This document shows positions 15,988 through 25,104 of a stretch of 64,000 bases of DNA, one piece after another. This DNA is from a virus: the IMG/VR virus record IMGVR_UViG_3300025881_000008, positions 32,001-96,000 of that record; one strand, written 5' to 3'. Both the position numbers and the translations under genes were made by a program. The stretch's first letter is position 1; each line of letters starts with the position of its first letter. The notes below the pieces were generated by a model. The model saw nothing but the letters and a program-made list of their open reading frames with translations. It did no database searches and had not been told where the DNA came from.

Positions 15988-17553
15988 TTACCAGACATAA
16001 TCAAATGATTCAATCTGATTGATTCTATCTTTAATTGACTTAGCGTAGTTCTTAGCTTCTCTTTCGTAGTAAGACTCTCTGTCGCCATATTGTTTTTCTG
16101 ACTCTTCAGCCTGCCCAATATAACTAACATATCTATTATAATCGTCTAAGATGCTTGACATATGATTAGAAGCATCTCTTAATCTAGCTTCGCTACCATT
16201 TGCTTTACGACCAATGATAATATCTTCATAACGTCCTTTTTCACCTTTAGCTAAACCGTCTTTAATTTGAGTAGTTAGAGATTCAATAGCGTCTGCAACC
16301 ATTTTGTCTAATGGTAAAGAAGCCGCTTTATTAGCTAAAATTTGGTGGTATCTGTCCATGTTCTCTTTCTTGAAGTCTTTATCTGACTTAAATGCGATTG
16401 CACCTTTTTTAGCATCAGCCCTTGAGGCTCTTTCAGCTTCAGCAGAATATTTCTGTCTTAAAAGTGCCATGTTTAAAACAATAGCTCTATCTGCAACTTC
16501 GGCAATTCTTTTTACGTTATAAAGACCTGTTCCGTCCCATCCTTTGTACTTTTTAGAAATACCAACTGAATCAGACTCGCTACCTTTAGTTAATTTATAT
16601 TGTTTATCATATTTACCCCAAGATTTAGTGTAAAATGCATTTTCACCAGAAGCAACCGCTAATAAGTAGCCTTCGCCTGGGATTGTTTTATGATCATACC
16701 ATGCATCACTAGGTGCATATGGATTTTCTTTTGGTACATCAGACACATAGAAAATAATTGAATCCACTTGCTTATTTTTATAAGCAGTCTCTGGATTAAC
16801 TACTAAAATATCTTCGTCTTCAACAAGGTCCATTTTAATTTTAGCTGTACCATAAAATGCTTTCGCTAAAGTAGCGTCGAATTTAGCGCCTTTAGTTCTA
16901 AATAAACTAGCAAGCATACTAGACTTAAATGCTTCGGTAACTAATTCTTTTGATTTATTCGTGGTGTTTAGTGAATTTACAAAGTCACCAAAACTTTCAA
17001 ATACAAAGTTTGTTTTCATGTTATTATTTGTTTTATTTTCTTTTACTAATTTTGGATTCTTATTAAGAAGTTCTTCCATGTCTAATTCTGACAAGGCCAT
17101 AAAACTATCTTCACCATATTTTTTAGCTAGTTTATCAGCTAACTTGATATCTATTACTCTTGCCACTTGACTGTAATCTAATGTTGCAACGCCAAACTCT
17201 CCAAAAATCTCTTCAGCTCTTGCGTTTGCAATTTTAAAGGGAGTTGCTTTTTCATTAATATCTATAGTAGTTGTTAATTCATTTAGAATTTTCTTACCCG
17301 TTTTAGAAAGTGTGATACCCTCTTCACTAACATTAAAATAAGTAGCGTTTCTTTTAATCCATCTCGTACTATCAACTGTCATCTCTTTTAAAATAGTATC
17401 AAACTCTTCTTTAGTAAGTTTACCATCTTTAATAGCTTCTAAAACTTTATTTCTAATTCTAGCAGCCTTGCCAACTTTAACAGCTGGGTAGTTTTCAGTA
17501 TATTTTCTTTTGACAGTGATGTGTCTTTCTTCTATTGGTTGATTATTATCCAT
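15988..17553 (-). CDS. Putative internal head polyprotein
   Basis: 521 aa; internal MKTNFVFESFGDF motif; IEE/INE/VKE/VTE junctions. Confidence 0.6.
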   Translation of the reverse strand: MDNNQPIEERHITVKRKYTENYPAVKVGKAARIRNKVLEAIKDGKLTKEEFDTILKEMTVDSTRWIKRNATYFNVSEEGITLSKTGKKILNELTTTIDINEKATPFKIANARAEEIFGEFGVATLDYSQVARVIDIKLADKLAKKYGEDSFMALSELDMEELLNKNPKLVKENKTNNNMKTNFVFESFGDFVNSLNTTNKSKELVTEAFKSSMLASLFRTKGAKFDATLAKAFYGTAKIKMDLVEDEDILVVNPETAYKNKQVDSIIFYVSDVPKENPYAPSDAWYDHKTIPGEGYLLAVASGENAFYTKSWGKYDKQYKLTKGSESDSVGISKKYKGWDGTGLYNVKRIAEVADRAIVLNMALLRQKYSAEAERASRADAKKGAIAFKSDKDFKKENMDRYHQILANKAASLPLDKMVADAIESLTTQIKDGLAKGEKGRYEDIIIGRKANGSEARLRDASNHMSSILDDYNRYVSYIGQAEESEKQYGDRESYYEREAKNYAKSIKDRINQIESFDYVW

Positions 17554-17564
17554 TTTTTGATATA

Positions 17565-17975
17565 TTATTTCTTAATCTTTGCTAAATGACCGTTTGTTTC
17601 TTCATACTGGAATGAGAACTTAGACTTTGCATAAAGAGTTCCCATTGAGAACGATACTAATACACCATCTGGTTTTTTCATAGCAGTGTTGTATGCGTCA
17701 GTTGCAGAGGCCTCGTCATCAAATACACCGATGTATTGTTTTGAGCCAGCAGAACCAATTGTATATCCTGCTTCTAATCTAATTCTTTGACCATAAAAAT
17801 CTGCAGAATTATGGGCAAATACTAAGTATTTAGTCTCACCTTTTTCTGGTAGATTATCGGCATGCTCACCGAATTCAGTTCTAGAATTATAGTGATAAGA
17901 CCCAAATTGAATAGATTCATCTACTGATATGTTATTGGCTTCTGTAAAACTTTCAAATGATTTTATATTCTTCAT
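17565..17975 (-). CDS. Putative internal head protein
   Basis: N-terminal MKNIKSFESFTE. Confidence 0.65.
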   Translation of the reverse strand: MKNIKSFESFTEANNISVDESIQFGSYHYNSRTEFGEHADNLPEKGETKYLVFAHNSADFYGQRIRLEAGYTIGSAGSKQYIGVFDDEASATDAYNTAMKKPDGVLVSFSMGTLYAKSKFSFQYEETNGHLAKIKK

Positions 17976-17994
17976 TTTGGTGTATTATGTTTAT

Positions 17995-19842
17995 TTATAT
18001 ATTCTTAATAAATTGATCGAAGGTCATAACAGATTTTGACTCTGCCAAAACACCCATACTGTCTTCTAATTTAGACTTTAATTCACCATACATGTTGTGT
18101 ATCTCTTTAGGTGTTAGTTTCTTAAATAGCTTCTCATCACCATCTAGCATTGCATTTCTAACTTGCGTAGCTGAAATATTTTTACCAGTTCTTGGAATTT
18201 CAAAAAGACCAAAATCAGTCCTTACACCCAAGTCTTCTCTATATTCTGGTTTATCAACTTGATATGAATACGTTTTAAGTCTATCACTTCCAGTGCCCCA
18301 TAATACGGGTTCATAACCATCGGCTCTCATTGTATTAAACATTAGGTCAATTGCTCCCCTGTCAATAATATAAACCTTCTCAATTGGATATTTACCTTTT
18401 AGTTGGTTTAACATTTGAAGTTGAGTTTCTTCGTCGTATGGTCTAGAAAAAGCATCCTCTTTCTTTTTAGTTTTTGATTTAACTAGAAAAACAACTACCG
18501 GATAACCGTTTTGTTTATTAATAGTCTCAACTACTTTAGCATGGCCCAGCGTAAATGGTTGGAATCTACCAACGAACATGTTGACTGGTGTTTTACCTTG
18601 TTCTGGGTATTTAACTGTAAGCCCCTCTAAAACTGGACTAACTTCATGTTGAAGTTTTTGGTTAACTAAATATGTTTTAAATGTCATAACGTCATTTTCA
18701 TTTGTTTTTGCCATTACAATGCCTTCTATAGTTTCAACTATTTCATTGATTTGGTTCATTAAGTCAGTGTTAATAATGTCTGTTTCTCTAGTTCTCTTCT
18801 TTCTAAAACTACCTAACGCAATTTTAAATAACTCTGCCAAAACTTTATTTTGAATTAATGATATTGTTTTTTCATCTTTAATAAATGTACGATTAAGATC
18901 AAATCCTTTGTTGTCTGAGAAATCAGCTGAATCAAAATTAGCTCCAATATATTTAGAGGCATTCTTTTCAATGTATGCATTAAATATATTTGAGATTAAT
19001 TCAATATATCTAAGGTCTGACTCTTCTTCTGATATTTCAATAGCTAATAAATCATAGTTAGTAATAAATTCTACTAGATCTAAAATTGAAATCTGATACA
19101 TGTCAGATGGACTTCTTTCCTCTTGTGGTTTTCTATCAAATCTCTCTAGCTTAAAACTCTTAATGTTTTTACCTTCGTAGAAATTGATTATTAACCCATC
19201 AATATCTTTATCTAGTGTAAAGTTTAACGCAGGAGTATTAAGGCCATTATTAAATATATTGTATATTGTTCTAGTAAATGATTGTGATTCAAACTTAGTT
19301 ATGAAGTCTTGATCAGATGTGTTTAGAAGCGATATAAGGTCGTCCTTTTGATTAGATTGTAGTTTACCTTCAAATACAATTGGCGGTCTCTGAACTCCTA
19401 ATTTATCCGCCCATTTGTTTAGAACCTGTGGATCTCTAATTACTTTTTTAATTTGAGTAGGATCATTTGGGTTTAATACTTGTATATGTGTTAGGATTAA
19501 GTGGTTTTTAGGTAGTACATCATATTCAATGCTTACCGTTTTATTATCCAACATGTAGTCAAAGCCGAATTTCCAATCTAATGGCATCTCTTCGGTAACT
19601 TCTTTTAATATTGTTGAAAAATATTTAATACCATTTTCATAGTATTTAACCATGGTTCTATCTACTCTATCCATCTGGTATTTAGAACCGCTTTTATAAT
19701 AGTTAAAGCCTGTATCGGTTCTTTTAACATGAAATGAAGATGCTTGAATCTTTTCAGATACAACGCATGTCAGGTCCAACATAGCCAAAAAGTCATTGGT
19801 ATTAGTTGATTCAAAATATGTTCTTAAGTTTTGTAAAGCCAT
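17995..19842 (-). CDS. Degenerate RNA-ligase-fold domain fused to a HIGH-family (cytidylyl/NMN adenylyl-type) nucleotidyltransferase
   Basis: C-domain GRFQPFTLGH...GSDR...ISATQVR; N-domain SEKIQAS and IDGLII resemble ligase motifs I and IV. Confidence 0.75.
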   Translation of the reverse strand: MALQNLRTYFESTNTNDFLAMLDLTCVVSEKIQASSFHVKRTDTGFNYYKSGSKYQMDRVDRTMVKYYENGIKYFSTILKEVTEEMPLDWKFGFDYMLDNKTVSIEYDVLPKNHLILTHIQVLNPNDPTQIKKVIRDPQVLNKWADKLGVQRPPIVFEGKLQSNQKDDLISLLNTSDQDFITKFESQSFTRTIYNIFNNGLNTPALNFTLDKDIDGLIINFYEGKNIKSFKLERFDRKPQEERSPSDMYQISILDLVEFITNYDLLAIEISEEESDLRYIELISNIFNAYIEKNASKYIGANFDSADFSDNKGFDLNRTFIKDEKTISLIQNKVLAELFKIALGSFRKKRTRETDIINTDLMNQINEIVETIEGIVMAKTNENDVMTFKTYLVNQKLQHEVSPVLEGLTVKYPEQGKTPVNMFVGRFQPFTLGHAKVVETINKQNGYPVVVFLVKSKTKKKEDAFSRPYDEETQLQMLNQLKGKYPIEKVYIIDRGAIDLMFNTMRADGYEPVLWGTGSDRLKTYSYQVDKPEYREDLGVRTDFGLFEIPRTGKNISATQVRNAMLDGDEKLFKKLTPKEIHNMYGELKSKLEDSMGVLAESKSVMTFDQFIKNI

Positions 19843-19852
19843 GTTGTGTTGT

Positions 19853-21139
19853 TTATCTTCCGTACTTAATAATACCCATAAGCTGGTTAATTGCAGCGAA
19901 TGTTCCTGTTAACTTAAATGTCTTGCCTTTATAAACAAAGACAATCCCTTCAGTTGGCATAATTGAATCAATTCCACCTATTCTTTCTAATCTAGCTAAT
20001 TCAGCTTCAACTTTTTGTATCTGTTCGATTGATCCACCTTTTTTAATTTTATCAGCTTCGGTTCTAATTTGATTATGTAATCTTTGCATTTCAGCATCTG
20101 GTGACGCAGCAACAAAATTAGAAGCGTTTTTTAGAATAATAGAACCTAGTTCTAAGAATAGATCTTCAAACGGTCTAATATTCTCTTTGTATTTCTTAGC
20201 AACATCTTCTTTGTCAAATTTCTTAATAATAGCTGCCTTGTCTTTTCCAAGTTCTTTGTCTAAAGATCTTAAATTAAGGGTCTTTTTATCTCCATATGCC
20301 CATCTTAATAATAAACCTTCTTTAAAGTCTTGTGTTAAATCTGGGAAATTTGAATCTATAGTTTCCCTCCACCACATTTCATGATAGCGGCTAACTTCAT
20401 CAGCGTCTGTCAAATTATATTTGTCGCGGAGCGCTTCAACCTTCTTAATAAATTTATTTTTATTTTCTTCAAAATTAAGGTCCTTACCTAATTTAATTAT
20501 TTGAGGTGGAATTATAGTAAATGTTTTACCGACATTTGCTTTAACAGACTCTAAGGCTTTTGCTATTACTGATGCAGGTTTATTATCTTCACCAATTATA
20601 TTACCATTACCATCTGTCTTTTTTATACCATGAAATTGAATAATATCTCTATCATAATAGATTACATTTGGATTTTTAGAATAGATCAATTCCATGTTCA
20701 TCCAATTGAGTCCATTTTCAAATACTTCTTGTTGAACTTTAGCTGGTAATTTAATCAACGCATTGGCTAAATCTTCTGCAGCAAACTTAAAAGTTTCTTC
20801 AACCATTGCAGATGCATGTCCATCAAATTTTTGCTTAAACGTTTGAAGATCCATTGGTGTTATAAGTTCACCCTTGTTACGAGCAAATTTAACCTCACCA
20901 TCTTGAATAGTTGCAAATACATTTTGTCCATCTGTTTTTTCAGTAGCGTCCTCTTCAAAATTAAGTTCACCACTTAAACCAGCTTCTATAAGAGCTTTGA
21001 AATCTGTAAATGTTAATGACTTATCATCAAATGGATGTGCCATATGACCGGCAGCCCCGCCTTCTAAAATTAAAGCTTCTTTTATATTTGAATGTAATTT
21101 TTCAGTTACAAACTGTTCAAAATTATGGTAGATCTTCAT
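19853..21139 (-). CDS. Ligase/capping-enzyme-fold nucleotidyltransferase-like protein with capsid-targeting-like N-terminus
   Basis: TEKTDGQN (KxDG), FARN, EGIVF, FKLTG; starts MKIYHNFEQFVTE. Confidence 0.65.
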   Translation of the reverse strand: MKIYHNFEQFVTEKLHSNIKEALILEGGAAGHMAHPFDDKSLTFTDFKALIEAGLSGELNFEEDATEKTDGQNVFATIQDGEVKFARNKGELITPMDLQTFKQKFDGHASAMVEETFKFAAEDLANALIKLPAKVQQEVFENGLNWMNMELIYSKNPNVIYYDRDIIQFHGIKKTDGNGNIIGEDNKPASVIAKALESVKANVGKTFTIIPPQIIKLGKDLNFEENKNKFIKKVEALRDKYNLTDADEVSRYHEMWWRETIDSNFPDLTQDFKEGLLLRWAYGDKKTLNLRSLDKELGKDKAAIIKKFDKEDVAKKYKENIRPFEDLFLELGSIILKNASNFVAASPDAEMQRLHNQIRTEADKIKKGGSIEQIQKVEAELARLERIGGIDSIMPTEGIVFVYKGKTFKLTGTFAAINQLMGIIKYGR

Positions 21140-21163
21140 AATGTATATATTGTAATTTAATTA

Positions 21164-22891
21164 TTAGCCTAATGAGCTAGTCAGCATACCGACTGCTACG
21201 CCATAATCACCCTTAGATTTAGCTAAGATGCCATCAATTACTTTTTTTGCTTTAGCCTCATCAAATTCTTCACCAAATGCTTTTTGTAAAACCGTGGTTG
21301 CATATTCGTTAAATTCTTCATCAGATTTAACTTCAGCTTCGTTTACTTTAGATTCAACAATTGCTTTAACATCTTTTAGTTTGATGCTTTCGCTGTCAAT
21401 GTAATCCATTGCCATACCTACTAAATCATCTGAATCTAGATCGTACTTGTCTTCTGCATAATATTCATCGTCCATTAATAAATCATCACAAATATCTCTT
21501 AAAGTATCTGCATCTTGGTCATAAAGAAAATCTTCAATTTTGTTTAATTCAGACTTAGATAGTTTTTCGTTAACTACTGATTCTTCGATATATTCAGCTA
21601 GATCTGCATCAGCCCATCCTAATTCTTCATCAGCTAATACTGCTTCAAGATCTTTTCTCTTACCTTGCATTGTGATAACTGGAGTTCCGCCACCTGGACC
21701 GTCCATCTTTTTATCAATAATAGTAACCTTGTGTTTCTTTAAGAATTTTAAAAAGTCTTTATCATCTGGATCCATTGCATCCATTTCAACAGTTGCTTCA
21801 CATAAAATATCAGCGTTTTCAATAACAATACTTTCGTTAAAGAATCCATTAAATGCGTTCAATAAAGATTGACCCGCTGCCTCTTGTTTAATTTGCTCTA
21901 AGTAAAGTGCAGTACCTTCAACGATACCGATACCTGACCATCCTGCTGCGTTAGCAATATCAGAATAGTATTTGTCTAGTACTCTCTTAACTGTAGTTGC
22001 ACCGATCTTAATAAAGTGATTACCTAAACCTGGCATTTTAACTTCAAAGGTACTAATAGAACCTTTAATATTTTTAGAGATTGCAAATCCTTCTCTTGAG
22101 AAGTTAGCATCTTCCATTGCCATTTCAAATAAGTACTTAATACATCCTAATACTGATTCATTTGACATTGCACCCAAGTCAGTTAGTTTTTTTGCAAACA
22201 AGTTATTGTAAACTGTAACAACTTTCTTAGCATCTCTCTTGTATTTTACCTGAATCGCCTCATTTACTGAAACAGAAACAGATTCAAATGCTGGATATAA
22301 GTCATCATAGCCATTGCCATAAATATCAGCCATTAACCATTGCTTGTTAGCTTCGTCCCAAAGGTAAACGAATTCTGCGCTGCTATTGGTAGCTACATCT
22401 CTCAAATATTTAGAAACGTTAGCGATTGAACCCTTTGAAGGTGTCATTGCATTTTTATCTCCGTAAAAATTCATCTTATCAATACTATCTTCTAAACCTG
22501 AACAATCTCCCTTTGCAATAACAGCATCAACTGCTTTTGGGTTTTTAAAAGATTTCTTAATAATAGGTAACATGTTTTCTGGATAAGAATCGTAATGTGT
22601 ATAAATTGAAGTGATATTACCTTTCTTATCTATTTTACCAAATTGACCTCTTGTGCCCTCTTCGATAAGTGTAACTGCTTCGTTAATTTCAGCACCTCTT
22701 AATCTATTAAAAAATTCTGATCTTTGCTCTTCTGTCAATTCTTTGATTGAAGCTACTTTAAATTCAGATAAGAGTGCTTTAAAAGCCTCTGCTTCATTAG
22801 TTCTTTTTACGATCTTTTCTTCTTCTAAGTGTCTAGTTTGAGAAATCTTTGCTTCGGTAGCAAATTGATCAAATGATTTTAACTTTTGCAT
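21164..22891 (-). CDS. Putative internal head polyprotein
   Basis: MQKLKSFDQFATE start; segments bounded by INE/IEE/VNE; contains a YTHYDSYP domain and a GPGGG-P domain. Confidence 0.65.
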   Translation of the reverse strand: MQKLKSFDQFATEAKISQTRHLEEEKIVKRTNEAEAFKALLSEFKVASIKELTEEQRSEFFNRLRGAEINEAVTLIEEGTRGQFGKIDKKGNITSIYTHYDSYPENMLPIIKKSFKNPKAVDAVIAKGDCSGLEDSIDKMNFYGDKNAMTPSKGSIANVSKYLRDVATNSSAEFVYLWDEANKQWLMADIYGNGYDDLYPAFESVSVSVNEAIQVKYKRDAKKVVTVYNNLFAKKLTDLGAMSNESVLGCIKYLFEMAMEDANFSREGFAISKNIKGSISTFEVKMPGLGNHFIKIGATTVKRVLDKYYSDIANAAGWSGIGIVEGTALYLEQIKQEAAGQSLLNAFNGFFNESIVIENADILCEATVEMDAMDPDDKDFLKFLKKHKVTIIDKKMDGPGGGTPVITMQGKRKDLEAVLADEELGWADADLAEYIEESVVNEKLSKSELNKIEDFLYDQDADTLRDICDDLLMDDEYYAEDKYDLDSDDLVGMAMDYIDSESIKLKDVKAIVESKVNEAEVKSDEEFNEYATTVLQKAFGEEFDEAKAKKVIDGILAKSKGDYGVAVGMLTSSLG

Positions 22892-22924
22892 ATTATTGTT
22901 TTATTTTTATATGTTATTATTTTA

Positions 22925-24433
22925 TTATATATCTCCTTCAAAATCGACATTTTTAATATCGTATTTGAATTTCTGTTCTCTATAGATGCGTTGACGCTCC
23001 TTTGCATGTCGCATTAAATAATTATCCCAGTCCTGAGAAGATAAATCATCTACAAAATCAATAATATTAACAGAGTCCTTTGAGCTATGTTGTCTCAGAC
23101 CTCTACCAATTGATTGTCTAATAATTACCTCTGATTTAAATGATTCTGTAAAGAAGATGTTATGTATTTTCTTAATCGAGATACCCGTAGAGAAGGTACC
23201 GTATGAAGCGACTATGACGACATCTTCACCTGCCTCCATTTTTTTCTTATGTTCTTCGCGAATATCTTGATCAATACCTCCATCAACATAGTAAACTGTT
23301 TTATCACTTTCTCTGCGAAGTTTTTCATATATTTTTTTACCATGCTCAATGCGATGGAAAAGGACGAGACTATTACCGCGTACTCTGGAAATAATACTAG
23401 TAATAAAGTTAAGGCGGCCTGGTGAATTGATAACATAATTCTGCTCAAACTTAAAAACATCTTTGCTTTCATATCTGTTTTGGGACATTTCTCTAAACGC
23501 ATCTTTAGTAGATTGCGGAGCATAGTCCATTTTTATAATTTTTACTTTACATCCTGCGATATGCCCCTCATTTTGTAGATAGTTTGCACTAATCTCTGTA
23601 ATTAATGGACCTGTATATGCCATAAGTGTTAGCCTATCTAATGTACCTTCTTTTGGTATAGTACCAGATAAACCATACTTGTATTCTGCGTTAACACATT
23701 TTTGTAAGATGGTTTTAATAGAAGCTGATTTTGCTTTGTGGGTTTCATCGACAATAACTGCGTCGAATTGTTCAAAATATGCCTTTTCTTTTTTAACAAG
23801 AGACTGATATGTACCGATAATAACATTTCTACCTGGCCTAATTTTTTGGCCGCTATAAATCTGCTGTACTTTAATATCTATTGCATTCCTGTAATTATAA
23901 TCTAGGAAATCTTCGCTAGCCTGTACAACCAAAGAAACATTGGGCACGATGAATAGTATTTTTCCTGCCTTTTGCTTTTCTAGTAGATATGCAACTGTTA
24001 AAAAAGAGATGAGTGTTTTACCAGCAGAAGTTGCCAATTCACTTAAACATCTTTTAAATTTTAGAATATTGAATGCAGCCTCTATTTGATAGTCTCTCGG
24101 GGTAATTTCTGATTTTTCAAAGAAATCAATTGCCCATTGGGTAAACTTTTCTTGATTAATATTGGTATCGAATATTTCTGTAATACCTTCGAGTTTAAAC
24201 TCAAATTTATAGTCCTTGCATATACCCATGACTTCTCTCCATAGACCGGAAGGAATCCACTTATCATCTTTAATATAGGAAACATAACCGTCCCACAACC
24301 CTTTTTTAACTAAGGGGTTGAAACGCCATGACTCAATCCTCTTATTAAGAGAAATATTGAGTTGTTCTAATTCTAATTCAGTTGCTACATCAATACGAAG
24401 CAACTGTTTGTTTTCAGTTAAACTAAGCTCCAC
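22925..24433 (-). CDS. uvsW: SF2 helicase UvsW
   Basis: PRDYQ, ATSAGKT, DETH, LSGT, QSIGRGLR. Confidence 0.93.
   Translation of the reverse strand: MELSLTENKQLLRIDVATELELEQLNISLNKRIESWRFNPLVKKGLWDGYVSYIKDDKWIPSGLWREVMGICKDYKFEFKLEGITEIFDTNINQEKFTQWAIDFFEKSEITPRDYQIEAAFNILKFKRCLSELATSAGKTLISFLTVAYLLEKQKAGKILFIVPNVSLVVQASEDFLDYNYRNAIDIKVQQIYSGQKIRPGRNVIIGTYQSLVKKEKAYFEQFDAVIVDETHKAKSASIKTILQKCVNAEYKYGLSGTIPKEGTLDRLTLMAYTGPLITEISANYLQNEGHIAGCKVKIIKMDYAPQSTKDAFREMSQNRYESKDVFKFEQNYVINSPGRLNFITSIISRVRGNSLVLFHRIEHGKKIYEKLRRESDKTVYYVDGGIDQDIREEHKKKMEAGEDVVIVASYGTFSTGISIKKIHNIFFTESFKSEVIIRQSIGRGLRQHSSKDSVNIIDFVDDLSSQDWDNYLMRHAKERQRIYREQKFKYDIKNVDFEGDI
22926..22933 (-). promoter_or_regulatory. Putative late promoter GATATATA for the internal-protein block
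   Basis: Overlaps the uvsW stop, ~35 nt upstream of the next ATG. Confidence 0.6.
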
Positions 24434-24458
24434 ATTGTTAGAGCATTTTTATTTTTCG

Positions 24459-24881
24459 TTATAGATCTTTTAATGCAAGTCTATTACGAATGGCAAAGCC
24501 CATATTATCTAGGGTCTTAACCGAGTCTCTAAAGAATTCCACTTGGTTTTCTAAATGAGATAGTATCATATTTTCGTCGGCGAGGTCGGTTTCAATAAAC
24601 TTCTCTTTTTGTTTTTCGCCTAATTTGTAATCGTATTCATAATATCTAATATACGCTTCTCGGTACCTGACATTAACTTTATTCTTTTGTTCCTTAACTT
24701 TCATATTTAAGTATGATATCTGCTCAACTAATGATTGGCGAGAAGAAAGAACTTCAGCAATAGTTTCCTCCATGGTATTTAAGTTTCTTAAACTCTGAGA
24801 TAGCCCTTTAATAATATTGGTCCACTCTGTTCTTTGACTACTTAATTTCCTATCTAATGCTAATATATTCTCTTTGCTCAT
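24459..24881 (-). CDS. uvsY: Recombination mediator UvsY-like
   Basis: 140-aa helical protein ending ...VKTLDNMGFAIRN, adjacent to uvsW. Confidence 0.7.
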   Translation of the reverse strand: MSKENILALDRKLSSQRTEWTNIIKGLSQSLRNLNTMEETIAEVLSSRQSLVEQISYLNMKVKEQKNKVNVRYREAYIRYYEYDYKLGEKQKEKFIETDLADENMILSHLENQVEFFRDSVKTLDNMGFAIRNRLALKDL

Positions 24882-24882
24882 A

Positions 24883-25104
24883 CTAAAATAATGATTTCTT
24901 GCTAGGATCTGGTTTGATAAACTTAGAGATTATTTGTCTCTTTTTAAATTTGGGTTTTGGAAACTCTATATCTGGTGAATTAACTGTAAGATCTAATGGT
25001 TGAAAATCAATTAAGAGTTTCATACCTTTAAATCTATCACTGTCTCTTTGAAAATCGTCTAAGTTGTCTTCAACCATATTACTAATATCTTCTATACGTA
25101 CCAT
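24883..25104 (-). CDS. Small hypothetical protein ending KKSLF
   Basis: ORF track; fills the gap between primase and uvsY; start uncertain. Confidence 0.6.
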   Translation of the reverse strand: MVRIEDISNMVEDNLDDFQRDSDRFKGMKLLIDFQPLDLTVNSPDIEFPKPKFKKRQIISKFIKPDPSKKSLF

